From the NCBI GenBank assembly GCA_029953675.1, contig JAMWBK010000004.1, positions 1,984,001 to 2,048,000 of the forward strand: DNA of 64,000 bases, in the 5' to 3' direction. This document shows, in pieces, positions 11,626 through 25,022 of the stretch (the stretch's first letter is position 1; every line of letters starts with the position of its first letter). The notes beneath the pieces were generated by a model. That model saw only the letters and a program-made list of their open reading frames with translations, was not told the origin of the DNA and did not search any database. This DNA is from Rhodosorus marinus CCMP1338. Taxonomy: Eukaryota; Plantae; Rhodophyta. The position numbers and the translations under genes are program-made.

Positions 11626-12878
11626 TCACTCCTTAGAATTTTCGCCGGTTCCGGTGTCATTCCTCGATACGGCCAACTTGTCATCTCTCGCGATACGAAA
11701 CAGTTCTTCTTGCCTACATGAGTTCAAACAGGGAACGACGTCAGAGGCTAAAGGTGACCGCTCTGTTCGTATTGAATACCCAAGGGGCGTCTTCTTGCGG
11801 CTGGCGCAAAGCTATGCCCATTGTCGTGAACTTTTTGACGACCGAAGCGTCAGCCGACGCGAATTCGGGACCGAAACGAAAAAGATCGGTGGAGAAAATC
11901 CAAATCGAGAATGGGAACGAGCTCTACGTACTGTCTCAACATTTCCTCCTCCGTAATGCCGGATTCTGCCAAGCGTGATTTCGCGTTGTTCTTGCCTCTG
12001 GATCCCTGCGTGCAAACATGTCGGATTCAGCTTGGGATTGTTCTATATTCTGAAGAATGCAACTTGAGGCTACCTTTTCTCCTTCTTTGTGACGTTCATA
12101 CTCTTCGGCTACTTCATCGTGGAATTCTGGATGCAGTTAGCGTAAGCGATGAACAGTCTCAATCAGAAAACCCGTTTGCCAGAAAGGATGATCGGCGAAC
12201 GCTTACGGCCCAGTCCCAGCTCCATGAGGGCTTTGAGAACGTGCTCAGGGGTTATGGTCTTTTTGCTTTCCTTCTCGCAGACTTCATTGGCTCCGGAACT
12301 TAAAAGCTGGACGAACTCTGCGTCAACGACAAGTGGTGAAGAGGATTGAGGTTCAACTGACTAGTAGAGCTCAGCGTTTCCAAAAGTGAGGTCTAGCCTT
12401 TCGATCAACGCACCAGTGCAACATTCAGCTAAAAGCTCGCGAGCCTCCATGGTGAGTCTAAGGTCTTCACAAACCCAATGTCCAACGAAAAGCTTTTTGT
12501 CAGAACGGAAAGCTAAACGCGAAACCTGCGCAAGTCTGATGAGAGAAGCTCTTACCCAACGAAGCAGCCAGGTCATTTGCAAACTTGTTCACGGTCGCCT
12601 TCGGTAAAGCCACATCTTCCGCAGCTGCTTCAATTATTAAACGGCAAAACCAAAACCAAAAACAAGGAAAAAGAAAGACACAAGAACTCGTCAGAAAAGA
12701 AAATTTTACGCCCGCAACCAAAGCAGCCAAAAGAACACCAAACAAAAGCCACTCAGCCGAAAAGATCTCGAATCCCTTCCCCACCCAAGCAAGCCAAAAA
12801 AAGAAGGGGGGATCATCCCAATGAAAATAAGAGTGCTCAAAACTCACGTAGTTTGCCGTAACCCTCATGATCTCCCAT
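11626..12878 (-). CDS. DR1: Negative cofactor 2 beta / Dr1 histone-fold protein, multi-exon
   Basis: Spliced: MGDHEGYGKLPAEDVALPKATVNKF / EARELLAECCT / EFVQLLSSGANEVCEKESKKTITPEHVLKAL / SRLAESGITEEEMLRQ / QEELFRIAR. Confidence 0.9.
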
Positions 12879-14581
12879 TTCATCACAAGTCAAACCGTTT
12901 TGATACAAATCATAAAGAAAAAACGCAAAACCCAAAAACCACAAAAGAAATCCCCTAAGAACAAAACCCTAACCCTCCTAAAACGAATCCAATCCAATCG
13001 TCCTGTCACACCCTTGCCAAAACCAAAAAAAAAACAACAACAAAACAAATACACACAAAAGCCAAAACGAGACGGCCCGATCTTGTCAACAATTCTCCAC
13101 CCGCCCCGCTCATCATCTATTTTCTCTTGCCTAGCATCACAACTTCTCACCTCACAAACTTCGATTTAACTTCTTTTTCAATAATTTTTATGTAGTTATT
13201 CCCTTTTTTAGCGATTGTACTAAACTCTGATCTGTACTAAAGGAGTTTAGTCTGTGTACAATTAGTGTTCTTCGGCTTCCGGTGGACGTAGATATACTGC
13301 TTTTTTGTACCAAAACTTGAATATTTCGGTTTAATCACGTTTCCCCGCTCTGAGGAGGGGGGTGCGCTTTTGTGAGTTGGATCGTTTGGCGATGATAAAT
13401 GGACGTAATGATTTGATCAGTGGGTCTTACCGTGCTCGTCATCTTCCAGATAGTATCCCTATCAGTGTGCCCGCTGGTCATCAAGGTCAATACCTTGGTG
13501 TTAGCGATGAACTTGATAGATCCACGATCAAATCCTTTCCAAGAGGCACACGCCAACCACTGGTGGATACCATTCGAAGACGATCGAGCGGGATGATTCG
13601 ATTGTGCTGGACGTGGAGGAGGAGTCCCTTGCCCTGGCTCGCGAGGACATAGGAAAGCCGTTGGGGATCTACTCTGTGTGCCTATATTCCGGACAATAGT
13701 AATTCGAAAGAAAGTCAACGCAGTACCGTTAAAAAACAACACAGCACATTATGTCGAGACAAGGTCAGGTACTTCGTAGATGCTCTTAGGCATCACAGGT
13801 ACGCTCTTTTTGAAGATGTACTTAATCAGGAGATTAGCCTGGTGCGAGGTAAATGGCTTGCAGATAAAACCTGATGTGGTGGAGAAAGTTTTAGCCTGCC
13901 CAAGATGTAGACATCCTTTTCACCGCCGTTGTGAAAGAGTGTGGAATGCGCTTACCCACGAATGTTCTTTCTTGGCTAGCGATGGATAGGTTTGCTGTTC
14001 TCAAAGATATTAATCGAAACTGGCAAGGCTGTAGCAGCCTTGATTGCGTTTTCGAAAGCGTGTGGAAAGCGCTCACCCAAATCTGTTTAGCGGTGCCTGT
14101 CTTCAGCCGCTGTTAAGCAGGGGTTTTGCTTTTGCATAAGAAATTTATTTGGATTGGGTGCACTTGTAAAACGGATGTGTACTACTCTGAAGTAAGCGGA
14201 TGGCTTCGGTGTTGGGCTAGGGGCCGAGGAAGGATGATGGGATGCAAGTGTTAAGCTTCTAAAGACGAGCAGTTCCTATTTCATCAGATCCAGAGCAGAT
14301 CTGACTCCTGGATATCGTTTTTTTTTGTTTCTCGGAGAGCACGGCTCTTTAACGGAGAGAGCGAGTTCCAACACATCAAGTTTTCAGAGTACAAGTACTC
14401 TTTGCTGATCGAAAGCCTATTCATGTTCTCGTCTCCTCCAAAACAGTTTCGGATTTCTGACTGAAATCACATGCGTGCTAAACACTAGATGGAGTTAGTT
14501 TATAGCTACAGTAATATACTTGGGAACAGCACACTGCAGCATTTCAGGGATGTCCAAATGCACACTCGTACTAGGATATAA

Positions 14582-15499
14582 TCAGTAACCGTTTTGATAT
14601 GAGCGGAGGAGGCTAGAAGCAGTGCTCCTAATCGTCAACAACATTGCCTTGGTACTCTCCAGATGATCATGGATCTGTTTCCATCCGAAGACAAGGCTTT
14701 TTATCGTCCGTTCAATAAACTCATTGGTGGCGATTTGCTCTTCAGTATCATCTCTGATCCAAGTCAGCTCGGAGGACTTCATTGCTGTGAGGAGGGCCAC
14801 CCTTTTCGCATACCATGCCTCATCAACGCTATCATCACCGGCCGTGTTCCAAATCTCATCCACCTGCATGAAACCAAACCATTATCTGCTTTGAGAAACG
14901 GCCAATTCTGCTTTGCTCTGTAAACTAGGGATTCAGCCGGGGCATACAAAGCTCAAATCGTGCTGCAAGGACTCTTTGGCGTTCTGCGGAAATGCCTGGA
15001 GAGCCACCGCTTCGTGCCATCGATCTCGGTAAGGAAGAAGTATTTTTAATCGCGCTTTCAATCCTTCAGCAAGCACATCTTCGGTTCTCAATCCTTCCTC
15101 CTTGTCTTTCTTTTTGGTCGATTTTCTCAAGGTCGAAGCTGTCTCCTGATGACTTCGCTTTACGAACCGATGCACTAGCTCGACTTCTCCTACGAAAATA
15201 TGCGAAGATTTAGAATCAGATAACACATCCGCACTGCCGCAATCCAAGGACACGCAATCTAAAGTCTTCAGCTTGCGTCATTTCAACTTACCACCCGGAA
15301 AGAGCCCATGTGCCGCAGGTGACAGGTTCAAATCTTTTGCGGCTTGGACAAGACACGCTTGAGTCCATCCAAGCTCAGGAACTCTTTTCAGAGCTGCAGT
15401 TAGGAACTCATCCTCAATAGAGACCTTCGTACTCAACCCCCTCCATGAACTCGACAGCGAGTTTATAATTCGACCTGTGCGCAAGCCTATAAGGGACAT
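14582..15499 (-). CDS. COQ9: Ubiquinone biosynthesis protein COQ9, 3 exons
   Basis: LTAALKRVPELGWTQACL, LKARLKILLPYRDRWHEAVALQAFPQNA, VDEIWNTAGDDSVDEAWYAKRVAL and ELTWIRDDTE. Confidence 0.87.
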
Positions 15500-16431
15500 A
15501 GTCTCATGCGCTACTGCCTCATACACAGCGACAAACCAAATCAGGAAGACTAGTACACCTTATTCAGTGAGACTAAGATGAAAAACAAGGCCGAATCTCT
15601 AATATCCACGCAAGCTATACAGAAAGAGGCCAATCCCGCATGTTATTCTCCATCTTCTTAAAGTCATTTTTGTGTCTTTGAATATTTGTCTCCTCAGCTC
15701 AACTTACTAACATGAGAGATTGAATCTATCAACATTCATAATTGGTTGTAAGTTAATATATAAACTAATATAATTACAAAGAGTTTGCTACTTGGATTGA
15801 AAATTGAGCTACTTTTTAGGGAGTATCTTGTTCCGGTATAAAATAATTGGTTGAATTGTATTGATATAAATCAAATAATTAGATTACTCTCAATCAGAAT
15901 AAGCCGAACTTCTCAGTTGCTTGGCTAAAATGGATGTAAGTTTTTATATTATTTTTTCCGGAATACGAATATGAACCGGGTACAGGTAGCCCCTGGTTGT
16001 CAGGCACACGTGAATGCGCGACGCTCGTCATCTACTGAAACAAATTATCTTGGGACCTCTAGTTAGTTCATGCTTGTCAATGGATACTCATGCTGCATCG
16101 GTTGTACACGAGACAAGGCTGATCTCAGGATGACGGAGAATCTCGCAGACTTGAATGAATCCCAGAACGTGTCGCCCTTTCCAAGACGTGTTTGCAGACA
16201 TGACATTCTTGGCTCTTCTCTTATGTTCATCGAGTCCCTTCCGTCAACCACCGAGTATACACATCAAAACAAAAGGGAAGTACAAATAATACAACATGAA
16301 CGGGACACGGTACGGTACGACGGGCTGAGGCACTGCTCACAAGCAAAAGTCCCTCAGATTCTTCCAAAGGAGATCAACTCTGACATGCGCTCCCTCTCCT
16401 TGGCCGAAGCAGCAGTTCATGAGCCAGTTCA

Positions 16432-17783
16432 TCACCTACGCTTTTTCAGCTTTTTCTGCTTTGTCTTGGTTTTTGAGGCTTTGGCAGCCTTTCTGGTGTC
16501 AATATTAGCCTGCCTCTTTTTCTGTGCATCAGCCGTGTTTTTCTTCTGCTGCTTGATTCTTTGCTCCCATTTCTTTCTGCTCCTAAGCTTCTTCTGGTCC
16601 ATGCTCTTTAGCGACTTCTTCAAAAGCTTTGTATCGTCCAAAACCTTCTCTCCTTGAGCTCGCTTGATCATCTGAGGACAGAGGGCAGACAGCAAAGTCC
16701 ACGTGAGTAAGAGACGGGCGCTCTGATCCGAACCAACTGTATTCGGGTCCTACCTTTTCCATTTCGAAGGATTTGTCGCCCTGCTGCTTTTCCGCCTTTT
16801 CGAGGGCGTGAGTGAGCTTATCCCTCTTTCGCATGTGCACGCGGTTCTTCTTGCCACCAGTTTCCAAGCCTGCCATCGGTGCAAAACTAATGTCTTCTGC
16901 TGGGCGTGAGTTTTTGCTGGCCTCCGGCTCGCCAGTCCCTCTAGAAGATTCTTTCTCAAGTTTTGGCTTCTTATGCGAGGTTTTCTTCATGTCAGGATCA
17001 TCAACAGTTTGCGTTTTCCTTTTCTTATCATTTTTCTTCTCGTTCTTCTCCCTCTTGAATTCCCTCCTCTTGATTGCTCCTTCGTCATCAGCTTTTCTTT
17101 CCTTCCGCATGGCTGCAATCTGAATAGAATCCAAGGATCATGCATTAAGGAACATGATAAAAGCCTCGTGGACCTGTTTTTCCGCGTAGATGTACCTTTT
17201 CCTGAACTCGAGCGCGAAGCTCGCTGTTCCCGGCACGTTTTTCTTCATCGTCACCATCAGGACCTTCAGATTTCCTCTTTAATCCTCCAGTGCGCTGACT
17301 CTTTTTCTTCTTCTTGCCCTTCTTCTTCTTCTTCTTCTTCTCCTTCGTGCCTTCTACGTCCTCACCGGAAGCTTCGGCTTTACCACCTCCTTTCTCGACA
17401 GGTTTTCCCTTCTTCTCAACGTGGACTTTGTTCTCCGCGTAGTACACGTTGAAAGGGACCAAATCCACTAGTATTTCCAGAACTAGAAACCCCGCCGGAG
17501 CAGGAACAGGCGAAAACAAAACATTGCAAAAGAAGGCAAAATCAGTGAAACCAGCACCTGTGGAAAAGCTGCGAAAACAATACTGTCAATACCCATATCC
17601 TCAAAACTTACACTGGTCGTCTTCCTCCAGCTCCTCAGAGGTGACTTCCACCATCTTCAGTTTACTAAGATCAATGTGATCTTCCCCACACACACTTTCC
17701 TCGAAGCGCTGATCTGCAAAACCTGACCACTTCCCATCCAGCCTACAACTCGCGACATCCAACCGACCGTCACCGTCCGGCAT
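16432..17783 (-). CDS. SURF6: SURF6/Rrp14 nucleolar ribosome biogenesis protein, multi-exon
   Basis: N-terminal LEILVDLVPFNVYY (RRP14-like), Lys/Glu-rich middle and C-terminal DDTKLLKKSLKSMDQKKLRSRKKWEQR...KRQANI. Confidence 0.75.
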
Positions 17784-18338
17784 CTCCGAGTGACTCTTAA
17801 ATAGACTTAGTGTCTGCAGATTCTCATAAATATATAAAAAAGTAATACTGTTTTATATATTTTATTATTGATTACGAACCAAGTTTCAGGTTAATAGTCA
17901 CCAAGAAAACAATCGACCACGCATGGATGACGATTAAAGAGTGTATACAATCCCCTTCGGAACATAAAAGTGCTAAAAACTTAATCCTACTGATCCAATA
18001 GGATTATAACTGTCACGCACATCAATCCGCTATATGTAGAAGGATATATGGCGTGATGTTCTAGCTTAGAAGTATATACGAAATATATTTCTTTTTTTGA
18101 AGATATCTTGGAACTATTTTCTAGATTATAGAAAGTCTCTATATCTGGATTGCGCAGGAGTTCGGATGGGAGGGAGAATGTAAAGGTCGGGTTGTTGTTG
18201 GGAGTGAAGTGATGGGTTGGCAGCGTTTGGTTTTGGACTACTGTTAAGGAAAGCGTTGTAGGACATATTGAGCCTTTCTGTTTGATTTGCATTTGACATT
18301 GTGTTCTGATTCCGCTGTTGGGTGGGACGCGTAGGGAT

Positions 18339-21095
18339 ATGGAGGGCGATGAGCCTGGATCGCCGGTTGTTTCCGACGATGAGGCTGACTCAGACTTGGA
18401 GAAAGTTGAGTTTGAGGAGGTAGGAGACGAGGTAGGCTCCTTGAACCAGTTTTTGTACAGATTATATGATCTGATTAGGCCGTCGATGTAGCTTGCTGAT
18501 CCAATATGCCTATGGCTCAACCATGTCAGATTGATGGACTGATAGAGGAAGATGATAGCAGCAGTGATGAAGAAAAGAACACTATTGGAGATATTCCCAT
18601 TCGCTGGTATGATGGATACGACCACATTGGGTATAATCGCGAAGGGAAACAGATAATTCGAGGGAAAAGAAAGTCGCCCCTGGAGGAAATCTTGGACCCA
18701 AACGCGTGGCGTCGAGTCTACGATGAGAGGAACGACGAAGAACTTGTTCTCACAGACAAGGAGCTAGACGTGGTATCACGTATTCGAGCTGGACAGTGGG
18801 TTTTCTCAATGTCAGCATGGTAAATGGTTTAGCAAGGCTACTAATGCTTGATTACGTGACTTATGTTCAGGTACACTGGTAGAACAACAGAAGGAGATGA
18901 GGAAATAGTACCTTGGACGTCGAGCAAGATCGAGATTCATCCGCTTCCTGAACCGACAGAGCCAAAAAGACGCTTCACACCTTCCAAGCATGAGGCAGCC
19001 AAGGTAGAAAAGTGCATTGAGTCATGGCCAGCGTATACGTGGACTGTGGCTTTCAGCCTTCTTCTAATATTCTTGAGAAACGTTATCCAGGTCGTTAAAA
19101 TCGTGAGGGCAATACGAGCCGGGCTAATTGTAAAACCCGCAAAAGCCGAAAAGTATGGAAACCTGTACAGCTTCGACGTCTGGGAGGAAAAAGAGGATGA
19201 TGAAGAGAAGTCCAAGACTGAACAAGCTAGAGATTTGATGAGGATCCATGCACCAAAGGAGCCGCTTCCAGGTACTTCCAGCTGATTATCCTAGACAATA
19301 CCGCGATCGCCAGAAACTCAATGAGAGACGACTGTCTCTGCGTTTCTTCGCTTCGAATAGGACACGCAGAGAGCTACAATCCTCCTGCTGAGTACCTTCC
19401 AACGGAGCAGGAGAGGAAGGAGTGGGAGGAAGCCGAGCCAGAGGACCGAAAGACAAACTTTCTTCCAACCAAGTACGATTCGCTGAGGAAGGTTCCAGCG
19501 TACCCCACCTTTATCAGAGAGCGATTTGAACGCTGCCTTGACTTGTACACTGCCGTGCGAGTTCGGAAGGAAAAACTGAGGATCAACCCCGAAGATCTGA
19601 TTCCAAAGCTACCCAGTCCGGAAGAGCTGAAGCCTTTTCCAAACTATGTCAGCTGTTCTGCAACTTGCAAGTCTCCCGTCTTGTCAATCAGCATGCACCC
19701 TGCTGGCCAGTTTCTTGCAGCTGCATGTGACGATGGTACGTCGCTTTTCCCTTTCCCTCCGGCTGTCGATAAGTGTTTCCGAGAGGGCTGCCGAGACTTT
19801 GCGAATTGAACGCAGATGCGTGTACCGGAATGGCTACTGACTTCTTCCTCTGCACCTTATCTTTCATTTTAAGGTTTTGTTCGATTTTTCGAAGTTCCGG
19901 TGCTAAAATGCGTTGCTGAATGGCAACTACATGAGGAAGCAATTGTGAATGTGGACTGGTGCCCGAAACCCAACGTTCTGGTGTTTGCGGCTTGCGCGGG
20001 CCCCAGTGTTATAATAGGGAACGCGTGCAGCGAAGGTCTGGGAACCGAGGCGAACGCGATAGACTCCCGAGCTTTGCTAGCGGGTGATGAAATTGGAGAT
20101 AACGTCTCACAGGGGAACGAAGGGGAATGGACTGAAGAAGAGGACAAGAGCGTTGAAATCAAACTCAAAAGACGTGCCAGGGTGAGTTGTTTAGCCACTT
20201 ATCAAGAAGCGCGAATTGAGAGCAATGTCTCTAAGAGTTTCTTCTCAACCTCCCCCACTCACGGCGGCCAATCAACAGAATGTTGCGTGGCATCACGGTG
20301 GGGACTATCTGGCGTCTGTGGCCAGGGACACAACTGGCTCTTCTGTGGCGATTCACCGTCTCTCCAAGCGTCAGAGTCAAGTGCCATTCAAGAAGAGCGG
20401 GGCGAGCGCCCAAGTTGTATCATTCCATCCCTCGAGGCCTTTCATTTTTATCGCCTCGAAGCAGCATATTCGCGTCTACAACCTCCAGAAGCAGGTGTTG
20501 GTGAAGAAATTGCTTCCCGGGGCACGATGGATATCTTCCTTGTCTGTGCATCCATCAGGTACGGCCACCGCACTTCTCACCGCTAGCTTGCTGTTGCTTG
20601 CTCTAAGTACGACTGAGGGTGTAGAAATTCCCCTAAACCCGCATGTATGTGAAATCTGGATTGTTTCAGGAGACCATTTACTTGTCGCTACGTACGACAT
20701 GAAGTTATGTTGGTTTGACCTGGATCTCTCTAATTTGCCGTACAAGATACTTAGAAATCATGATGAGGCCATCCGCGAAGCGCGGTTTCATCCAAAGCTG
20801 CCCTTGTTTGCTGATTGTTCCGACGATGGCACAGTGCTCGTTTCCCATGGAATGGTTTACAACGACCTGCTGCAGAACGCCTTGATTGTTCCCCTTAAGC
20901 GAATAGACAAGAACTTGGCCGAGGTAAGGCAATGCCGAAAAGGTTCTACGACAAACTATTTTTTCTGAATAGCAGTTATCTGTTCAATAGACCCCAAAGC
21001 TTAGGGCTACAACCCTTGCATGGCATCCCAGCTTGCCCTGGCTGTTTACCTCTAGCGGGGACAAGAAGATTTACTTGTTCACAAACGTGAACTGA
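18339..21095 (+). CDS. BOP1: Ribosome biogenesis protein BOP1/Erb1, multi-exon
   Basis: [55 protein letters not shown] and WD40 repeats ending [20 protein letters not shown]. Confidence 0.95.
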
Positions 21096-22130
21096 TCATT
21101 TCACTTAACTAACCCATAGTACATAGCATTTCAGTTAAATTTTTTCATGTCAACATAGATTAAAAGAATACGAGAGGGCGTTCAGAGCCTCCCTTTCTCC
21201 ACCATCAGCGCAGTCAGTCAATAATTTTTCGTTTCAGATCGCTCAACTAAAATCGGCATACACACCAGAAAACAAGAGAAACCCAAGCCCTATCCTACAA
21301 GTACATTGACCAGCAGCGGATTGCCAGTTACATCATTCGTGTGGATTCCCGAAACGCAGATTGGCGCTTTAAACTAGGGGTGCACTGCATCCCGTAAGTG
21401 ATCAACCCGCCCTAAGTGGCATTAAGCACCAAGAATATCTCACCCAGCCGTTCTGGCCGTTGTCCATTGCTCAGGAGCTTGGTTGGATGCCCTAACCAAA
21501 TACCTTACTCAAACACAATATTTCAATATCGAGTAAAACCCCTTTCCAATAATTTAGTAATAATATCCAACTACCTAAAGCAACCCATACACTTTTTCAA
21601 CAGAAATTGATTCTTGCACCGTAGAATCCACTAGTTGCTCGAATACACAATCAATTACGCCGTAGCCGGCGAGGAGAGTTACCTATCTGGGGTTCTAAGG
21701 GGGACGTATATCGACTGAAGATGAACAATGTAGAGACCGATCGAGACGTGAGCTTCAACCCACAAGGTAAAGGGCGATTTTTCCGAAGCATTGCGAGTCC
21801 TGACGGCACTGTTGACGAATCGGGCAGCATTGGGGAAGCTGAAGGTTTTAGTGGCGGGTACTGATGCTCATACCTCAGGTTTCTCGAAGAAGGACACACC
21901 ATCCTCTTGTAAATTCTCTCACGGGTCAGCAGGTGGGTGCTCCTGAGGTTCCCTCTGGTCGCGCTTCAGGCTATTTGCCGCTCAGCAATCGTGTTCCAGC
22001 ATCCTATTGCAACCCCCCTCGAGCAGAGTTGTGGACGCTTTCCCCCGCTTCCTGCCAACCTTCGGTGCAACCCGCCACACACCGTTTCACCACGAAATCG
22101 GATTTTTTTCGTATACAAATTATATTCTAC

Positions 22131-22615
22131 GAATATTTATTTTATTTAAGTGAACGCATCGTATTCAATGAATATTATGTAATCTGCAAATAAGTATTTT
22201 TGTTTATGTACTAAGAATCTACGATCAAGCCCGTGGGAGTGGGACCATTGGGAGTCATCCATCTTTCCTTTACCCCGACGGGCGACAGTATGATGAATAT
22301 TTATTTTATTTCAGTAAACGCATCGTATTCAATGAATATAGTATAATCCAGAAATAACTATTTTTTGTTTATGTACTAAGAAGCTACGATCAAACACATC
22401 GGACCAGCGGCAGTCACCCACCTTTACTTTCCCTAACGGGCGACAGTAGTGTACAAGTTATACCCTCTATATATATTTTTATTTTTAAAATATTATGGTA
22501 TACCGTATATTTAATGTAATCTAGAAATAATTGGTCTGTTTACATACTAAAAAATGAAGGTAGAAAATTGGACGATTGGGAGTCACCCATCTTCACGGAG
22601 CGACGGGCAGAACAG
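22131..22615. repeat. Three diverged tandem units of about 164-175 bp
   Basis: GAATATTTATTTTATT...AACGCATCGTATTCAATGAATAT...TGTTTATGTACTAAGAA...GAGTCACCCA...ACGGGC at 22131 and 22295, with a more degenerate copy from about 22470. Confidence 0.85.
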
Positions 22616-23729
22616 AAACCCCCAAGCGAAGACTTGAAGATCAAATCTTGCTTAGACTCTCGATCCACCACCGAAAAAGATCAAACATCATTTTTCTACT
22701 TTAAAACAAAAATCCGGTGGTCACTTAAAAACTGAAAACCTTTTCTGTTTTCAATTTTATACGAAATTCGATGAGGGGAGAAGGGTCGGAGGGATGATTA
22801 ATATAATAAACAAAAAAGAAAAAAATCCCCTGTCCAAGGCCCAATGAGGACCACGAACATATATGCTGAAAATTGAAGAAAAAAATGGATATGCGCTTGA
22901 TAAACCCCTCGGAAAAACCGTAAAAGATTTGCAATCGCAAGTAATGAATTGGTAATAAAACTTGGTTTTTATTTTTTCTGCGTACATCGATTGGCGTATC
23001 CCAAAGAATCCGCTCTAAAAGTTTATAATATTCATTCCCTTTTCCTTATTTGCGACTTCTATTTGGATACTTCCCCGGAATCCTCTCTACGATTGGCTGA
23101 GCCCGCTGTGAACCATGTCCACCCAATCATATCACCAATATGCGAAACAGGCTATTTTCGGGGGTGTTTTCCTGGCCAGCGCAATCTTGGCCGTGTAAAA
23201 ATTTTACTCATTGGAATCGCGCGCTATTATCTCGCAGCTTGACGGGGAGGGGTTGAGAATTTTAAGGAAATTACAAACTCAAGCGACTGGTTCTGGCTTC
23301 CTTCTTCACCTCGAGGTTTTAGATCCCCCCAATGGGAAAAGGAACAATGCGGGATATCGTCCCTGGTGCACTGGATCGAAGGGTTATCCGAGTTTCAGGA
23401 AAGTCGATTTGCGGAGAGCTAGAAAGGTTTAGGGTGGGGAAGGAGGGGGGGGTTAGAAATGTAGGAGGAGCTGTGTGTGGGCATAGAAACAGTTTTTCTC
23501 TTCTTTTTTCATGTGGTCCGCGCGATTTGGGGTTTTCCTTGTGTGATTTTGTGTTTTGGAGCCGATGGGTTTGATATGAAAGGGATGCACGGGGTTTGGA
23601 GCGGGGTGGGGATGGTTGGGGGTGGTCGGAGAGGAGGCTTTTGGATTGGTCAGGGTTTTAGTAGTCTTTCTTTTGTAGAAGAGAAGAAAAGAAAGATTTT
23701 CTTGAAGTTCTTGAGATCGTTCAGAAGAG

Positions 23730-25022
23730 ATGACTGCGTTTGTATCGGGTGTTGGATTTTCATCGGTTAGTGCCCAGAAGACTGTCTGTGGCAGGAAGAC
23801 TTTCTCTGGAGCGAATGTGGTCGTTGCCAAGAGAAATGTGACCGGTCCGATGATGGCTATTGCCATTGGAAGGAAGGGATCCGTCGAGACCTACGCTGAT
23901 GAGCTCAAGGCTACCGCCGCCGCCATTGCTTCCCCCGGAAAGGGTATCCTCGCCGTGGACGAATCGACCAAGACCATCGGAAAGAGATTGTCTTCCATCG
24001 GCGTTGAGAACACCGAGGAGAACAGGCAAGCGTACAGGGGCCTCTTGTTCAACTGCCCTGGACTGGGAGAGTACATCTCGGGAGCGATTCTGTTCGAGGA
24101 GACTCTCTACCAGAACTCCGCCGAGGGAAAGCCTTTCGTTGACTGCCTGAATGAGCTGGGCATCATCCCCGGAATCAAGGTCGATAAGGGCCTCTCCCCC
24201 TTGGGCGGTGCAGAGTCGTTTGAGACCTGGTGCACTGGACTTGACGGACTCGCTGAGCGTGCTGCTGCCTACTACAAGCAGGGAGCCCGATTTGCCAAGT
24301 GGAGGGCTGTCCTCCAGATCTCGCCGAACACCCCGTCCAAGCTCTCTTTGGCTGAGAACTGCTGGGGTCTCGCGAGATACGCCAAGACCTGCCAGGATGC
24401 CGGACTCGTCCCCATCATCGAACCAGAGATTCTGATGGACGGAGACCACGACATCGCCAGGTGCGCGGAGGTCCAGGAAGAGGTGCTCGCCACCGTCTAC
24501 AGGTTCTGTGAGCTCAATGGAGTCTACCTTGAGGGCTCGCTCCTGAAGCCCAACATGACCGTCCCCGGAGCTGACTTCGACGGAACCACCTCCCCTGAGG
24601 AGATTGGTGAATACACCGTCCGCACCCTGCAGCGTCACGTAAGCATTAGCTTCTACATTCAGTCTTGCACCCCAGCTGTACCTGACCTCGTACGATCTTT
24701 CAATGCACAGGTGCCATCCGCGGTCCCCGGAATCATGTTCCTCTCCGGTGGAATGTCGGAGGAAGAGGCCTCCGTTAACCTCAGCGCGATGAACAGCATT
24801 GAGCGAAAGGGCCCGTGGTCACTTTCCTTCTCTTATGGACGCGCTCTGCAGCAGTCTTGCCTCAAGTCGTGGTTGGGGAAGGAGGAGAACGTCCCCGCCG
24901 CCCAGGAAGCCCTCCTCGCGAGAGCCCGCGCCAACTCCCAGGCCAACCTCGGAAAGTACGAGCCTGGATCTGAGAAGTCGCTCGACGCACAGGGCACCTT
25001 TGAGAAGGGGTACAAGTACTAA
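23730..25022 (+). CDS. FBA: Plastid fructose-1,6-bisphosphate aldolase class I, with one in-frame 72-bp intron (24639-24710)
   Basis: Transit peptide [70 protein letters not shown] and terminal GYKY. Confidence 0.97.
   Translation: MTAFVSGVGFSSVSAQKTVCGRKTFSGANVVVAKRNVTGPMMAIAIGRKGSVETYADELKATAAAIASPGKGILAVDESTKTIGKRLSSIGVENTEENRQAYRGLLFNCPGLGEYISGAILFEETLYQNSAEGKPFVDCLNELGIIPGIKVDKGLSPLGGAESFETWCTGLDGLAERAAAYYKQGARFAKWRAVLQISPNTPSKLSLAENCWGLARYAKTCQDAGLVPIIEPEILMDGDHDIARCAEVQEEVLATVYRFCELNGVYLEGSLLKPNMTVPGADFDGTTSPEEIGEYTVRTLQRHVSISFYIQSCTPAVPDLVRSFNAQVPSAVPGIMFLSGGMSEEEASVNLSAMNSIERKGPWSLSFSYGRALQQSCLKSWLGKEENVPAAQEALLARARANSQANLGKYEPGSEKSLDAQGTFEKGYKY

Noticed and set aside
13740-14110. 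CPRCRHPFHRRC zinc-finger-like peptide
   Set aside because: Short and interrupted by stops. It could be transposon debris but cannot be assigned.
16070-16657. 195-aa + strand ORF
   Set aside because: Its 3' half is antisense to the Lys-rich SURF6 end, and the rest has no recognisable motif.
22131-22615. CRISPR-like array
   Set aside because: Units are ~165 bp and diverged throughout, with no short identical repeats or unique spacers, no cas genes, and a eukaryotic context.
23760-24638. 292-aa antisense ORF over FBA
   Set aside because: Shadow ORF expected from the strong C/G third-position codon bias of a highly expressed gene. No motifs.
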